20,000 nt of DNA from Chiloscyllium plagiosum (Eukaryota). How positions within the stretch are numbered: position 1 is the stretch's first letter; each line of letters starts with the position of its first letter. Location: assembly GCF_004010195.1 (NCBI RefSeq), contig NC_057719.1, positions 17,957,136 through 17,977,135 on the forward strand, read 5' to 3'. Below the pieces are notes generated by a model. It made no database searches. It worked only from the letters and a program-made list of their open reading frames with translations, and had not been told where the DNA came from. This document shows, piece by piece, positions 1 to 9,374 of the stretch. Position numbers and translations under genes: made by a program.

Positions 1-37
1 CCTGACCTGCTGTGCTTTTCCAGCACCACTCTAATCT
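1..37 (+). mobile_element. Distal part of a short PLE-terminal repeat (same family as 9064-9248), cut by the window edge
   Basis: CCTGACCTGCTGTGCTTTTCCAGCAC is identical to 17700-17725 and nearly identical to 9174-9199. Confidence 0.8.
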
Positions 38-39
38 CA

Positions 40-258
40 TATGTAGGCCAGATGGGGTAAAAGGTAAACTGTAGATCTCCTTCCTTAAGGCATGAACTAG
101 ATGGCATTTATAACAATTTTCACAATCACCATTACTGAAACAATATCTTCATTTCAGATTGATTAATTAATTGAATTTAAAATTCTACCAGGTACTAAAG
201 TCGAAGACGAACTTGCATCCCCAAGGAAAGCACATCTGGACATTGTCACTACGCTCCC
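40..258 (-). mobile_element. Degenerate tRNA-type SINE fragment (same family as 10521-10900)
   Basis: The reverse complement aligns loosely with the 5' half of 10521-10760 and with 18470-18590. It matches a recalled shark SINE body (AATTCAATTAAT...TCAGTAATGGTGA...GTTCA...AAGGAAGGA...TGGCCTACAT). Confidence 0.6.
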
Positions 259-445
259 TCAAGACAGTAGATTGGGTAAATAGATAATCTATAAAGTCTA
301 TAGATAGATAGACTTCCCTCTGTTCCTACTTACCAGCATTCAGTTTGACAAATGCTTACCATCCTTCAGTCCACTATTCATTTAATCCAATATTCAAGCA
401 GTCATTCGTGTATGATCCCAGAATAATGTAGCTCATCAACTGTAA

Positions 446-472
446 GTAGCATCACAGCTGTAGCATCACAGC
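446..472. repeat. 13-bp tandem duplication (GTAGCATCACAGC x2, period 14)
   Basis: Exact copies at 446-458 and 460-472. Confidence 0.9.
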
Positions 473-2355
473 CAAGGCCTAACAGCCATATGTATGTGTC
501 TTTCATTTTGCTGCATCAGAAATTACAGGGAGTCACTGATCAGCCTTTTTTCACCTTATGCTAGGCAGGCTAGGGCTACATGTAGCAACTATTGATCTGT
601 TGTCACACATCTCATTTGAATGATCTTATCAAAGAAAGTAATAGAATTTCTCAACAGTTCTGTGTGAGGAAAGGGTTAACCAGCGCAGCATGCAGGAGAG
701 TTGTGGCCACTTCACTGAGATTTGAGGAGATTAATTGTGGTAGAAGTGGAGAAGTGACCTGTGGGTCTGTTTCATAACTGCAGATTGTGAAGCAAAATGC
801 CTTCAGTGCAGCATGAGCCCACATATAGGCTGTGTTGAATAAAATAGCAGTTTGTGTGGGATTGTCTTGACACTTAATGCAGAACACATGAAACAGATGC
901 AAAACTTACTGTGAGGAAACAAAAAGACTTAATAATAAAGGCACTTGGACTCCTTTTACAAAAATGAATTTGGACCAGTCCTGAAGCAAAAAGGGTCTAT
1001 TCCCATCACAAACACATCCAGGCTTTGCCAACTCTCTTCAACCAACTGCTGGTGGGACAAATCCACCCATGGTTAATAATTTGGCTTGGGTGGGGCAGAG
1101 GTATGCATCAGTTGTCATGGCCACCCCCACCATGACAGGATCAACTGAGTGGATTTCCCTTAAAGCTATTCTTTTGATAGAGGTGGGTGACATGATAAAG
1201 GGGAAGATGAACGAAGCCTCCCTACCCCACAACCCCACAGTGAAAGACCTGGAGCTGATATTGTGGAGACTCAATGTTTGAGATGTAAGATTGGATTGGG
1301 AGTGCCTGTGGATGTGGACCCCTTCAGCAGAAGTGGGGAAGGGAACAAGTTACAATCATAAAACATAGTGTGACATCACTATGAAACACTATTTGTGGAA
1401 AAGGTGAAGCTGTTCTCCTTCCCAAAGTGGAGCTGTTTGTTTTTTTGGGGTGGGGTGGGGGCATTGGTGGTGGAGGTGGGAGGATGGAGGTGGCACTTTG
1501 TTGAGAGAGAGAAGGGCACACTCTGTAGCTGTGCTGTGTGAAACTTTCCATGGGATTTTGTCTCATTAAATATATAAGGCATGAATTATTTATGGAACCA
1601 AATTCTGCTGCACTGCTAATGGCCACTTTCCTTGGGGGTCAGTGACAAAGACATCCCAATGTGGGTGAGTGACAGAGGAACAGTCTTTATGATGAAAGTG
1701 TGCAGCAAGGACAGCATGATGTGACAGTGAGAAAAACTAAGACAGAGATTATTTTTTCTCCCCTAGCATGTTATGAGGAAATGTATATTATGAAGCACTC
1801 TCAAGCTCATGTTTAATACAAGTGTTTTATACAGCTATACATATATATATGATATACACAATGAAGCAGTGAGTTATTCGCCACCTTGTATATTTTATAA
1901 GAGCTTTCCAGTAAACACACTGATATATTGTAGGGGGTTAACAACGACATGTGAGACTGGTGTCACTGTTCTCAAAATGATTGAGTTTACACAAAGAATG
2001 CTGTCTGTAATGAACTCTTGCAAATGCGCTTTTGCAGGCAAAAAGAGAGAGAAAAAAAACATACCTCCAACTACTTCCTGTAATTGCGCATTATTATAAA
2101 GGAAGCAGGAGGAAAAGATTTTGAAATTACGATCCATTATGCTCAAGAGGGAAAAAAGCATCACCCTCGTGAAGCACAGCTGACAAGCTTGACTAAATTA
2201 GCCCAGGACCATTACCAAAAAAAAATCTCTTAATTGCCAACCATTTTGTTAGGTCAATTGACTCTAATTGAAAAAATAACAAAAAGCTTATTATGCTGCA
2301 AATGCAGCCAGAAATGAGGCATATGCTATGGAGGAAACAATCATTCTAAATTTCT

Positions 2356-2378
2356 TTTGCCACTACAGTAGTGGCAAA
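2356..2378. repeat. Perfect inverted repeat TTTGCCACTAC-A-GTAGTGGCAAA
   Basis: 11-bp arms at 2356-2366 and 2368-2378 with a 1-nt spacer. Confidence 0.9.
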
Positions 2379-3429
2379 GTTCATTATATGTCTGAGCATA
2401 TAATTTTTTAAATGAAATTGTGTTCAATGGATTTTGTTTTGTGTGGGGAGGGAGTGTGAGAGGGAAAGAATTGCTTCTGTTGCCTTTTGTTTTAACATAT
2501 TTGTCCTAATTTTCTCAGATATATTTTCTGGTTACCCGTCTTCGCTTTAAATTACAGATCATTGAAATGTATATAACAGCTGAAGCAGATAGAATGATCA
2601 AACCCTGGAAGCACGACAGAACACCAGCAATTTAAAAATCACTGAAGCAAATATCAGACCAATTTGGACAACAGTTGAAATGAGAGGCCAGCTTTAATAG
2701 CTGGAATAGGTAAATTGCCATCCTAAACACTTAGCCAAATAAATTTTTGATGATTAACAGCAGGCGTTGTCTCTCTTTTTAACCTTGAGAAAGTTGATGT
2801 GAAATTGTTGAATGTTTACAGTGAGTTAGGAAAGATTTAGCTTGATCTGTTATGGATCCAATTGCAGGAGCGCGTGTGATCTCCCAGCTCTCATCTCTCG
2901 TGGGGAATGTCTCAGATGTCTCGTGGGTCCTGAGAGTTGCTCATTGATTGGAATGATCCGGTCATTCTAGAAAAAGGTGTCATTCCCACTGTACCCCGTG
3001 TGTGAAATGGAGTCATTGCATCCTGTCTTTCTTGCTTCTACATTTTTACATATTTTGCAGTCAGAGCACTCCTTGCAACCAGGGAATGAAATTTCGCGTA
3101 ATTTAGAGAATCCTGCAGAGGAATATCTCCTACCTGGGCATCACAAACACAGAAGGGAGAGATCACTTGTACCATATAGCTCATCTTTCTATACAATACA
3201 TCATCTCACCTCCCTGTTCCTCCCTCCCACATACTCTTTTTATTACCATATCATTATACATCCTTTTAACGAGTGATATAGGGCTACAACTACACTATCT
3301 TCAAAACTGGTCCAGGTTAATCCTCACTCAATGTGCAAAAGTGCATCCAGGTATCAGATCTGGATGTATTTTGTCCCAGTTTACACCCATTCCCCCTGTG
3401 TTTTTAAATTAGTTTTCGAGATTAATCAT

Positions 3430-3560
3430 TGCGATTCTGTTTGATCTCTTATACACATTTTGTCTGGTTGCTGTTGTAAATTGCTTTTCTATGCTGAATA
3501 GTTTGAGTCTTTTGACCTCATTAGAAGACATATCCCTGGTGATGATTCCCATATTTGAGA
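3430..3560 (-). mobile_element. Very old CR1-type LINE ORF2 C-terminal remnant
   Basis: The minus-strand translation RDMSSNEVKRLKLFSIEKQ...NVYK resembles the CR1 motif seen intact at 6080-6190 (EDLSYRERLNRLGLFSLELRRLRGDLVEINK). Confidence 0.35.
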
Positions 3561-4291
3561 GATTGTTATCAATGTTCATCATGGAGGAAAGGAATGGGTG
3601 CATCTTTTGATTTACCCTTTATGATAAGCCTGGTTTTGAAGTGCCTCAAGTACAACAGTTCCAGTCGATCCCCTTTCCTGTACTTTTCTACATTATAGAA
3701 GGGCATAGTACGACCAAGCTCACTAATCACAACAGATTGAGAAACTCAGAATTGGTATTTCTTTAAAGCAATATCATACAATCCAAGGAATCATCCATTC
3801 TCTGATTAAGTTCCCTTAACCATAATTAATTGTCCAGCAGCTACATTGCTCCAGTGCTTTTATCAGCTCTCTTTATAACAAGGATTAGGATGTTTATAGC
3901 AGTCCAGAGTAACTTACTAAGATACCTCCAGAAACAATATAACACAAAAGGAGCTGATCTCTGCTCACGAGGTCCAGTTGATAACTTTTCTGGGGTCAGA
4001 GACTTGACCTTTGTGTAGCCGGAGTTATGCACAAACCCAAAGTAAATGTCCACTCTCAATCATTCAGAAATTCAGGTCAAAATGTAACAATTTGATGTGT
4101 GTGAGGAGTTTAGCAAGGACAGATGGAGACAGTTGTCGGGAAGACTATTAGAGTAAATCAATCAATGCCCAAGTTTTGACACCCACCATTCAGTGTACAA
4201 ATACCACAAATAAAAGTAACAAACTACCAAAAAGCAGTTGGAAGAAGGCACAATGTTTTTTTTTTCTGTCCTAGAACTGAACATTATGGGG

Positions 4292-4547
4292 AAAAGCAAA
4301 ACTTGCAAATACTGGAAACCTGAAAAGAAACCAAAAAAAATGCTGGAGAAACTCAGCAGGACTGGCAGCATCTGTGGAGTTGCACAGATTTAATGCTTCA
4401 AGTCCAGAATAAACTTTATGCAAAACTCCTTCAGGATTGCTTCACAACGCTAAAGAGTCATCCTGGACTTGAAATGTTAACTCCTGTTCCTCGCTGCGCA
4501 GATGCTGTCAGACCTGCTGAGTTTCTTCAACATTCTCTCTGTTTATT
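4292..4547. mobile_element. Older self-inverted PLE-terminal element (hairpin form)
   Basis: Outer arms AATGCTGGAGAAACTCAGCAGGACTGGCAGCATCTG (4339-4374) and CAGATGCTGTCAGACCTGCTGAGTTTCTTCAACATT (4499-4534) are imperfect reverse complements. Inner arms TTCAAGTCCAG (4397-4407) and CTGGACTTGAA (4463-4473) are exact. It shares the GATGCTG.CAGACCTGCTG core with the 9064 family. Confidence 0.75.
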
Positions 4548-5474
4548 GAGGTTGAGAATTAATATTTTCTTTTTTTGTCCTGAGTTAAGAAAAACAAATA
4601 AATCCACAAAAGTTTGAATTTGAGTTTAACAGAGAACTCACAATTACCAAGGGAATGCTAATTGGTCAACACTGCAAAATATTGAAGTGAAATGGAATGC
4701 AACTTACTACTTTTGATGTTGCAAAAATTGTGAAGAAATAGACATTTGCTTTTATGAAATAAATCAGTTTGTTGGCTTGTAAAGTCCTTTACTCTCATGG
4801 GTGTTCATGACTCCTTCCGTAAGAAAGGAGAAATGTATATGATGCTTCTGAAAGATTATAGTTTTAGTTCACATATTATGGAGGTCTATTCTGATCATCC
4901 TAGTCATGCTAGTAGCCTGATGGAGCATTGAGTAGGCAATGAGGCAATCTTTTGAATTTGGGTGCCTGAAAGCTTTGAGGCTACAATAGAGAACAAGAAT
5001 CTTTTCTAACCTTTTGAAAGGTTAAAATAATCATTGAATTTTATTTCATTTGTCAACTTTACCAAAGGTGTTATGGCATTTTATGTAGGCAGTGTAAGTG
5101 GGTGAGGTAAGTCTGTTGATGCATGAGGAGAATTTGAACTGTTTAAGAGTCCAAGTCATCATCGCCACATACTGCACTGTGTCTGACAGAGGTAGCAATC
5201 AGGTTCAATGCTACATAAGTAACCCGTATGATCTAGAGCCAGATCAGGGAAAGAAAGGAAATTTTAAGGAACCAGAAGAAGATAAGACAACTCAACTCAA
5301 CAGTTTCACGTTCTCCCTACTCTACTTTCTACAAAATGTTACTTCTTGACCTTTTTTGACAATTATGTATATCCCAAACCAACTAACACCCCTCGACACT
5401 TTTCCTTATGTCTGCGCACAATCTCGCAGCTCTAATGCTGCATCTCATTCCCATTTTACATGCTACAAATTATG

Positions 5475-5577
5475 TTCTGAAGAAGACTCATGCAGGACTC
5501 AAAACCTTAACTTTTTGTCTGTCTCCTCAGATGCTGCCAGACCTGCTGAGTTTCCTCCAGCATTCTCTGTGCTTGCT
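5475..5577 (+). mobile_element. PLE-terminal element, older subfamily, with a degenerate hammerhead-like core
   Basis: CTGAAGA (5477-5483), then AGACTC-ATGCAG-GACTC-AAAAC, then CAGATGCTGCCAGACCTGCTGAGTTTCCTCCAGCATT. Colinear with the right arm of 4292-4547. Confidence 0.7.
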
Positions 5578-5879
5578 ACATATTGAAAGCCTTGTCATAT
5601 CCTCATAATAAGCAGAGTTACACATAATAAGCATTGTAAGATGAACCATAATCACCAGGATGTACTCCATCTTGGATATATTGCAATAAATAGTAATTCT
5701 TTGCATTCTGGGCAATGCATCAACATAGTAATGTTCGGCAGCAATATCATGCTTGTCAGTGGAAAGAAACTTGAAATGTTTACACTGCTTAAAAGGACTA
5801 AGATCAATGCTTTCCACTGTTACTCCAAACCTTTGTCCCATAATTATCTGCTCCCCTGGGCAACAATCTGAAAAGCAAC

Positions 5880-6037
5880 CAATCTGTTCACTTTTAATCA
5901 CAAAATGAGCCTCTGACTTCAGATTTGTGCCATCATGAAACCAATTTTTTCCTATCCACTGCAACAGTGCCTTATTTTGTGTCTGTCCCAGCTCATCTGC
6001 TGCTGAAATACTCATCTAAATCTTTGTTACCTCTGCA
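5880..6037 (+). mobile_element. L2 LINE ORF2 C-terminal fragment, piece 1 of 4
   Basis: 5990-6034 translates SSSAAEILI*IFVTS, matching the L2 motif 'AETLIHAFVTSRLDYSN'. The motif continues as D-F-S-N at 6534, after the CR1 insertion. Confidence 0.7.
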
Positions 6038-6535
6038 TGTGAAACTTGAAAGGGTTCAGCAAAGATTTACAAGGATGTTGCCAGGGTTGGAGGATTTGAG
6101 CTATAGGGAGAGGCTGAACAGGCTGGGGCTGTTTTCCCTGGAGCTTCGGAGGCTGAGGGGTGACCTTGTAGAGATTAATAAAGTTATGAGGGGCATGGAT
6201 AGGATAAATAGATGAAGTCTTTTCCCTGGGGTGGGGGAGTCCAAAATGAGCAGGCATAGGGTTAGGGTGAGAGGGGAAAGATATAAAAGAGACCTAAGGG
6301 GCAACTTTTTCATGCAGAGGATGGTACATGTGTGGAATGAGCTGCCAGAGGAAGTGGTGGAGGCTAGTACAATTGCAACATTTAAAAGGCATCTGGATGG
6401 TATATGAGTAGAAAGAGTTTGGAGGGATATGGACTGGGTGCTGGCAGGTGGGACTAGATTAGGTTGGGATATCTGGTATGGACGAGTTGGACCGAAGGGT
6501 CTGTTATTGTGCTGTACATCTCTATGACTCTGTGA
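6038..6535 (+). mobile_element. 5'-truncated CR1-clade LINE (shark HER1/CR1-like): end of ORF2 plus 3' UTR
   Basis: Translates VKLERVQQRFTRMLPGLEDLSYRERLNRLGLFSLELRRLRGDLVE, and later VWNELPEEVVEA. Has a CR1-type tail CTCTATGACTCTGTGAC. TGTGA occurs at both junctions (6038-6042, 6531-6535). Confidence 0.92.
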
Positions 6536-6950
6536 CTTTTCCAACATGTTTGGGCTGGTTGCCCTCTACCCTCTGTAAACTTGAAGACCTCCTCAACTGC
6601 TATTTACGGCTTAGCTTGCAGCAAGTACCAATCCCCTGTCACCATTGTGTTCATTGGTCTATCTTGACTTTTGGTCAAACACCATCTTTACTTGAAAATT
6701 TTCAAATCCCTCCATGGGCTTCCCCTTCCTCTATCTCTGTAATCGCCCCCATATTCACAACTCTTCAAGGTGACCATGTTCCTCTAATTCTGGAGTCTTA
6801 TGCATTCTCCACTGGAGGCCACGTCTCTCTTGCCTAGATCCCAAGCCCTGGAATAACCCCTTTTACCCTCTCAGCTCCCTACCTACTTTTGCTACTTTAA
6901 TATACCCCTTAAAAATACATCTTTGAGCAAGGTTTTTATGATCAGACCTG
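6536..6950 (+). mobile_element. L2 LINE ORF2 end, piece 2 of 4
   Basis: TTTTCAAATCCCTCCATGG...CTATCTCTGTAATC...CTCTAATTCTGG...CTGGAAT...CCTTAAAA...CTTTGAGCAAGG matches the recalled shark L2 3' region (FKSLHG, WN.LP and LKT.LF motifs, frameshifted). Confidence 0.75.
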
Positions 6951-7839
6951 TTTTGTTTTGTCTTTTTTCATTGGTTGTGGGCATCAGTGGTTAGATCAGC
7001 ATTTATTGCCCCTCCCCAATAGTTCTGAAACCGGTGAACTACCTTCTTGAAAAGCTGCAGCTCTTGTGGTATCGGGACAGTCAGAAGGGAGTTCCAGATT
7101 TTTGACCCAGCAACTGTGAATGACTGCTGATATATTTCCAAGTCAGGATGATGTGTATCTTCGGGGTGAATTTGCAGGTAGTGATATCATCATGCAGGAT
7201 TGATAGGTGATGTTGAAGGAGTCTTGGTGAGTTTCTGCAGCGTAGCTGGTAGATCGTACATACTATTATCATTGCACATTGGTGATGAAGGGAATGAATG
7301 TTGAATATTGTGAATGTAGTACCAATTAAGCAGGCTGCTTAGTCCTGAACAGTGTCAAGCTTTTGATTATTGTTTAAGCTGCACCCAATTGCTGCAAGAG
7401 AGATTTGTTCCTGACTTGAGCCTTGGAGATAGTGAACAGGCACTGGGGAAACATGAAGTGAGCTACTTGCTGAAGAATTCTTGGCTTTTGACCTGTTCTT
7501 CTGGATGCAGTGTTTGTATGGCTGTTCCAGTTCAGTTTCTGGTCATTGGCAACCCCTGGGATGTTGATAATGAGAGATTCAGTTATGGTAATGCCATTAA
7601 ATATTGAGGGGCAATGGTTAGACTTTTTTTTATTTGTTGTGGTCATTGCCTGGTGTTTGTGTGGCTTGCTGCTTACCAACCCAATCCTGGATATTATCCA
7701 GGTTTTGTTGCATTTGGACATAGACTACTCCAGCATCTGAGGAGCATGAATGGTGCTGTACTTGTATGATCATCGATGAACGATCCCACTTCTAGCCAAA
7801 TGATGGAGGGAAGGTCATTGGTGAAGCAACTGAAGATTG
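6951..7839 (-). mobile_element. 5'-truncated LINE of a second CR1-group lineage (Zenon-like): RT C-terminus plus tail
   Basis: The minus strand encodes IFSCFTNDLPSII...FIDD (the INDL...FADD region) and GVANDQKLNWNSHTNTASRRTGQKPRILQQV...ISKAQVR. It ends in GGGCAATAAATGCTG...TGATGCCCACAACCAATGAAAAAAG. Clade placement is tentative. Confidence 0.8.
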
Positions 7840-7899
7840 CTTTATGTCACCATTTGTTTTATAATGCTTCAGTGAGAAAACATGGGGTATTTCAGCATA
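7840..7899 (+). mobile_element. L2 3' UTR, piece 3 of 4
   Basis: TTTGTTTTATAATGCTTCAGTGAGAAAACATGGGGTATTT resembles the recalled L2 tail 'ATAATGCTCCTGTGAAGCGCCTTGGGATGTTT'. Confidence 0.55.
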
Positions 7900-8290
7900 G
7901 AATCATAGAATAGAATTATAGAATCCTTACACTGTAGAAACAGGCCCTTTGGCACTACAGGTCTACATTGATCCTCCAAAGAGTAACTCAGCCAACCCAT
8001 TTGCTTTTATCTTTCAACCCATTTCCCTACCCTGTTACTCTACATTTACCCCGGTGAATGCACCTAACCTACACATCCCTGAATACAATGGGCAATTCAG
8101 CATGGCCAATTCACCTAACCTGCACATCTTTGGATTGTGGGGAGAAACCGGAGTACACAGAGCAAACCCACACAGACAAGGGGAGAATGTGCAAACTCCA
8201 CACAGACAGATGCCCAAGGCTGGAATTGAACACACATCCTTGGCGCTGTAAGGTAGCAGTGATAACCACTGAGCCACCATGCTGCCTCAA
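7900..8290 (-). mobile_element. Full-length HE1 SINE (tRNA-derived V-SINE of elasmobranchs)
   Basis: On the minus strand: A box TGGCTCAGTGG, B box GTTCAATTCC, V-domain GTCTGTGTGGAGTTTGCACATTCTCCCC, and an (ATTCTAT)n-type tail. Possible 6-bp TSD AGCATA at 7894-7899 and 8291-8296. Confidence 0.92.
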
Positions 8291-8296
8291 AGCATA

Positions 8297-8335
8297 TTAA
8301 AGGGATTATAGAAATATAGATTGTTGTTATTAATA
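8297..8335 (+). mobile_element. L2 extreme 3' tail, piece 4 of 4
   Basis: TTAAAGGGATTATAGAAATATAGATTGTTGTT resembles the L2 terminus 'TTAAAGGCGCTATATAAATGCAAGTTGTTG'. Confidence 0.55.
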
Positions 8336-9063
8336 ATACAGCATGCACCTGGAAATGGGCCATAGATGGAATGGTCACGGGCAAATTAACCTCCTGTTTT
8401 TATGTTGCAATTGTGGGCAACTCTTTTTACTGATGTGCAAAATCTTAACAATCCACTCCTTGACCCAGAGTAAGTACTTGCAGAAATAATCTGCTTTCTA
8501 GACTAATTTCTCATCAACTGCAGTGCCCACACATACTATGAATATTGTGCAGTCAGGATAATACGATTGTTTTGTGTAATTTCTTTTAATAACTACCTTT
8601 AGCTCATCATAAAGCAGCTGTCATTGAACAACCTTTAGCGCCAGAGGTGCCATATAATTAAAATAAACTTTTTTGAAGTAGTTTGATCCATTTTCCTTTC
8701 CAGAATGAATCAAATCTTTTTCTGAAGGCATATGCCCACAGCGTCAACAGTCATTCAGTTGGCAGCACTCTCACTTTTCAATCTGAAGATCATGGGTCCA
8801 TGTCCCAGTTCAGAGACTTGAGTATAGAATCTAGACTGACACTGCAGTGCAGTACTGAGAGAGTGCTGTGTTGTTAGACAATCCCCGCTTTTCAGATGAG
8901 CCATTCAGGCAAAACGTCTCAGATGGATCCAACAATGCAGATTGAAAAAGTACAAGGGAACTCTTCCCAGTGACTTTTGCAACATTCTCTTCTCAAGCAG
9001 GTACAAAATAAATTATCATGTAGTCATTGTATCACACTGCTACTTGTGCAAGCTGGCAGAATG

Positions 9064-9248
9064 TCAGGCAGCATCCAGGGAACAGGAGAATCGACTTTTC
9101 GGGCATAAGCCCTTCTTCAGGAATATGAAGGGCTTATGCCCGAAACGTCGATTCTCCTGTTCCCTGGATGCTGCCTGACCTGCTGCGCTTTTCCAGCAAC
9201 ACATTTTCAGCTCTGATCTCCAGCATCTGCAGACCTCACTTTCTCCTC
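9064..9248 (+). mobile_element. Young 185-bp self-inverted PLE-terminal element with a 15-bp TSD
   Basis: TSD CAAGCTGGCAGAATG at 9049-9063 and 9249-9263. The 53-bp inverted arms at 9063-9115 and 9127-9179 differ at one base. Confidence 0.9.
9093..9120 (-). ncRNA. Minimal type-I hammerhead-ribozyme-like motif (one substitution)
   Basis: The minus strand reads CTGAAGA-A-GGGC-TTAT-GCCC-GAAA-A-GTC: CUGANGA box, 4-bp stem II, GAAA box and GUC triplet. The opposite arm retains GAAACGTC (9142-9149). Minimal hammerheads are known in PLE terminal repeats. Confidence 0.7.
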
Positions 9249-9305
9249 CAAGCTGGCAGAATGCCCCTTAGTTGCTGTTTTTCTTTTATTAAACTTTAAA
9301 AGTAT

Positions 9306-9374
9306 CCTGTTTCCTTCTTCACAGAAGCTGCCAGACCTACAGAATATTTCCAACACTTTCTATTTTTATTTCAG
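9306..9374 (+). mobile_element. Distal fragment of the older PLE-terminal subfamily
   Basis: CACAGAAGCTGCCAGACCTACAGAATATTTCCAACACTTTCTATTTTTATTTCAGA is colinear with 4497-4547 and 5526-5577. Confidence 0.65.

Noticed and set aside
360..440. Minus-strand exon candidate ending at GATG|GTAAGC
   Set aside because: Stops in all frames and no pyrimidine tract at the acceptor.
590..1330. Purine- and GC-richer stretch that may be an ancient repeat
   Set aside because: No diagnostic motif, terminal repeat or internal homologue could be found by eye.
1447..1492. G-rich tract with G-quadruplex potential
   Set aside because: A simple low-complexity run with no supporting context.
2977..3276. 99-aa ORF containing an acceptor-like TTTTGCAG at 3053-3060
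   Set aside because: No convincing donor, no recognisable protein similarity, and it runs into low-complexity sequence.
5527..6015. Longest ORF in the track (162 aa, minus strand)
   Set aside because: It spans the antisense strand of an L2 fragment and a PLE-terminal repeat, with no recognisable domain or splice structure.
6101..6547. 148-aa minus-strand ORF
   Set aside because: It is the antisense reading of the CR1 3' end.
8215..8286. tRNA-like A and B boxes (also at 15330-15392 and 8750-8806)
   Set aside because: These are SINE heads continuous with SINE bodies, not tRNA genes.
7949..8384. Four overlapping ORFs (e.g. MVAQWLSLLPYSAKD...)
   Set aside because: These are translations of the HE1 SINE, a common source of false gene predictions in sharks.
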